A stretch of 64,000 nt of DNA from an uncultured delta proteobacterium (GTDB taxonomy: Bacteria > Desulfobacterota > Binatia > UBA9968). Positions 62,016 to 64,000 of this stretch are shown here, in pieces. The translations under genes were made by a program, and so were the position numbers. The DNA lies in NCBI GenBank assembly GCA_963745035.1, contig CAVUVW010000017.1, forward strand, positions 128,001 to 192,000, given 5' to 3'. Position 1 is the stretch's first letter; every line of letters starts with the position of its first letter. The notes below the pieces were generated by a model. The model did no database searches and was not told the DNA's origin. It was given only the letters and a program-made list of their open reading frames with translations.

Positions 62016-62998
62016 TCATCGGATTACTTTGTCGGCTCTAGCCAGAACATTGGGCGGAATTGTTAACCCGATCTGCTTGGCGGCTTTGAGATTAATCACC
62101 AGCTCGAACTTCGTCGGCTGCTCGATCGGCAAGTCCGCCGGCTTGGCGCCTTTCAGAATCTTGTCAACATACGTGGCGGCGCGCCGGACAAGTCGCGTAA
62201 TGCTCGCGCCATAGGTCATAAGCCCCCGGCTTCCACAAATTCTCAGTCTGGCTGTATATCGCCGGCAGCCGGTTCTTTGCCGCGAGCTCTACAATCTGTG
62301 TTCGCTGTAAAATTGATAACGGGTTCCCCAACACAAGGACTGCGTCAGCGCGCCCCTTCCTTGCGTCTCGGAATGCAGTCTCAATCTCCTTGGGATCAAG
62401 TACGTCAAGTACTGAAGCTTCACTCCGAACGCGCCTGCGGCCAGTTCCATCTCTCTTAACGACTGCGGGTTGCCCGAGGGTCGAATTCCCGAAAACGGCA
62501 ACGCGGGAGAGCTCCCGGAACGATTTCCTTCAGCAGCTCCAATTGCTTTCCGCTTATCTCCGGCGCAAGAGTTGACAATCCCGTGATGTTCCCGCCAGGC
62601 CGCGCCAAGGCTGGCTACAAGCCCCTTTCCAACCGGATCGAATCCAAGGCCATGACAATGGGAATCGTAGAGGTCGCGTCCTTGGCGGGGCGGGTTGATC
62701 TCGGACCCGCCGTGACGATGACCTCTACCTTGAGATGCACTAATTCAGCCGCCAGGTCAGGAAGCCGATCTTGTCTTTCCCTCGCCAGTTCGAAACTCAA
62801 TGACGATGTCTTTCCCCTCCACATATCCAAGCTCGCGCAGGCCCTGGCGGAATGCCTCGTACCGATCCGAGATAGAGGAATGCGAGGGAGTAGCGAGGAA
62901 TCCTATCCGGGGAATTTTCTTGACTGCTGCGCCTGAACGGACGAACAAAAAGCAAAGAGCATGGCGCAAATCGCAACCGCAGAAATCTCTCGCTTCAT
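62016..62998 (-). pseudogene. ABC_sub_bind SBP copy 13 (many frameshifts; 5' part close to copy 1)
   Basis: MKREISAVAICAMLFAF leader; shares cgtaccgatccgagatagaggaatgcgagggagt with copy 1; tail [10 protein letters not shown]. Confidence 0.85.
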
Positions 62999-63036
62999 TC
63001 TCCTCACCTCACGCCTTACGCCTCGCGACTCACGCC

Positions 63037-64000
63037 TCACCGAATCACCTTATCCGCCCGCGCCAGCACCTTCTGTGGAATCGTCACACCGATCTGTTTG
63101 GCGGTTTTCAGGTTGATCACCATCGTTAATTTTGTCGGGGCTTCAACCGGCAAATCAGCCGGCTTGGCGCCCTTGAGGATCTTGTCCACATACCTCGCGG
63201 CGCGCCGGTACGAATCGCTGGGGTCCCGCCCGTACGATATGAGCCCGCCAGCCTCGGTATCGAGATTCGTTGCCGAAACAACCCGTAGACGGCTTTTGGC
63301 TGCTAACTCCACGAACTGCTTGCGGTGAGCAGAGGGATACCGGGAGGCAGCCGGCTGAGAAGAGCTTCGGCCCGTTCTTTGATCGCAGCTCGAACGGTCT
63401 CGTCGTAGTCTTCCGGTCCCCGAACCAGCAGGGAGATAAGCTCTACTTTCAATCCGCGAGCGGGAACTTCTATCTCTTTGACAAAAAGTTTGTTCGCTGA
63501 GCCAAGCTCACGCGCTTGACCGCCTGGGATCACGAGCGCCACGCGCTTGATCTTCGAATCGATCTCCTTGAGCAGCTCCAGGAGTTTTCCCCCCAGCTCT
63601 CCGCTAATGCTTGTCAGTCCGGTGACGTTTCCACCCGGTCGCGCCAGGCTGGCGACGAGCCCGTTGCCCACAGGATCCGTGGTGGATGTCATGACAATGG
63701 GAATTGTGCCGGTCGCTTTCTTCGCGGCAACGGCCGGTCCAGTGCCATCCCCGATGATCACGTCAACTTTGAGGCGGATGAGGTCGGCAAGAAGGTCAGG
63801 GTACCGATCGCGGTTCGCTTCAGCATAGCGGTACTCGATGACAAGGTTCTTGCCCTCGACGTAACCGAGGTCGCGCAGCCCTTGCCGCAAGGCCTCGATG
63901 TCGGGCGAAGAACGGGGAAATCCCCCCGATAGAACAGCTATCCGGTGAAGTTTCGCCGGCTGCTGCGCCCTGACAGGCAAGCAAAGCGCAAAGAGCATGG
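63037..64000 (-). CDS. ABC_sub_bind SBP copy 14 (one frameshift; 5' end probably beyond the window)
   Basis: ORF pieces 63303-63998 and 63037-63312. Confidence 0.88.

Larger units (their letters stand above)
49415..64000 (-). repeat. tandem array of >=14 ABC_sub_bind (PF04392-like) SBP paralogs plus remnants
   Basis: About 1-kb head-to-tail units, nearly all ending in [54 protein letters not shown] tails; runs off the window end. Confidence 0.95.

Noticed and set aside
49415-64000. CRISPR array or classical integron
   Set aside because: The repeats are protein-coding gene ends about 1 kb apart. I saw no fixed 23-47 nt repeat-spacer pattern, no consistent attC-type sites, and no cas or intI gene in the window.
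49415-64000. Diversity-generating retroelement
   Set aside because: No reverse transcriptase or Avd gene is present, and differences between copies include many non-adenine and synonymous changes spread along the gene.

Overview
GC-rich bacterial chromosome segment. Gene content (many orphan NitT/TauT, TAXI and TctC solute-binding proteins, amidohydrolase-2, LLM oxidoreductases, hydantoinase/oxoprolinase) suggests a soil Candidatus Binatia-like deltaproteobacterial genome (inference). Scattered single-base frameshifts suggest a long-read assembly. Positions 1-47.5 kb hold transport and catabolic genes separated by REP-like and short-period (6-9 nt) inverted repeats. From 49.4 kb to the window end lies a head-to-tail array of at least 14 minus-strand paralogs of the ABC_sub_bind (PF04392-like) solute-binding protein, with no permease, ATPase or recombinase. 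The copies share a heptamer-repeat-encoded signal peptide and a strongly conserved C-terminal segment, vary in patches, and have different heptamer-repeat spacers. The array carries apparent recombination scars: an orphan 3' end, an orphan leader and an in-frame microhomology fusion. It is the best candidate for an undescribed receptor-diversification or cassette system. No rRNA, tRNA, CRISPR, transposase or integrase was recognised.
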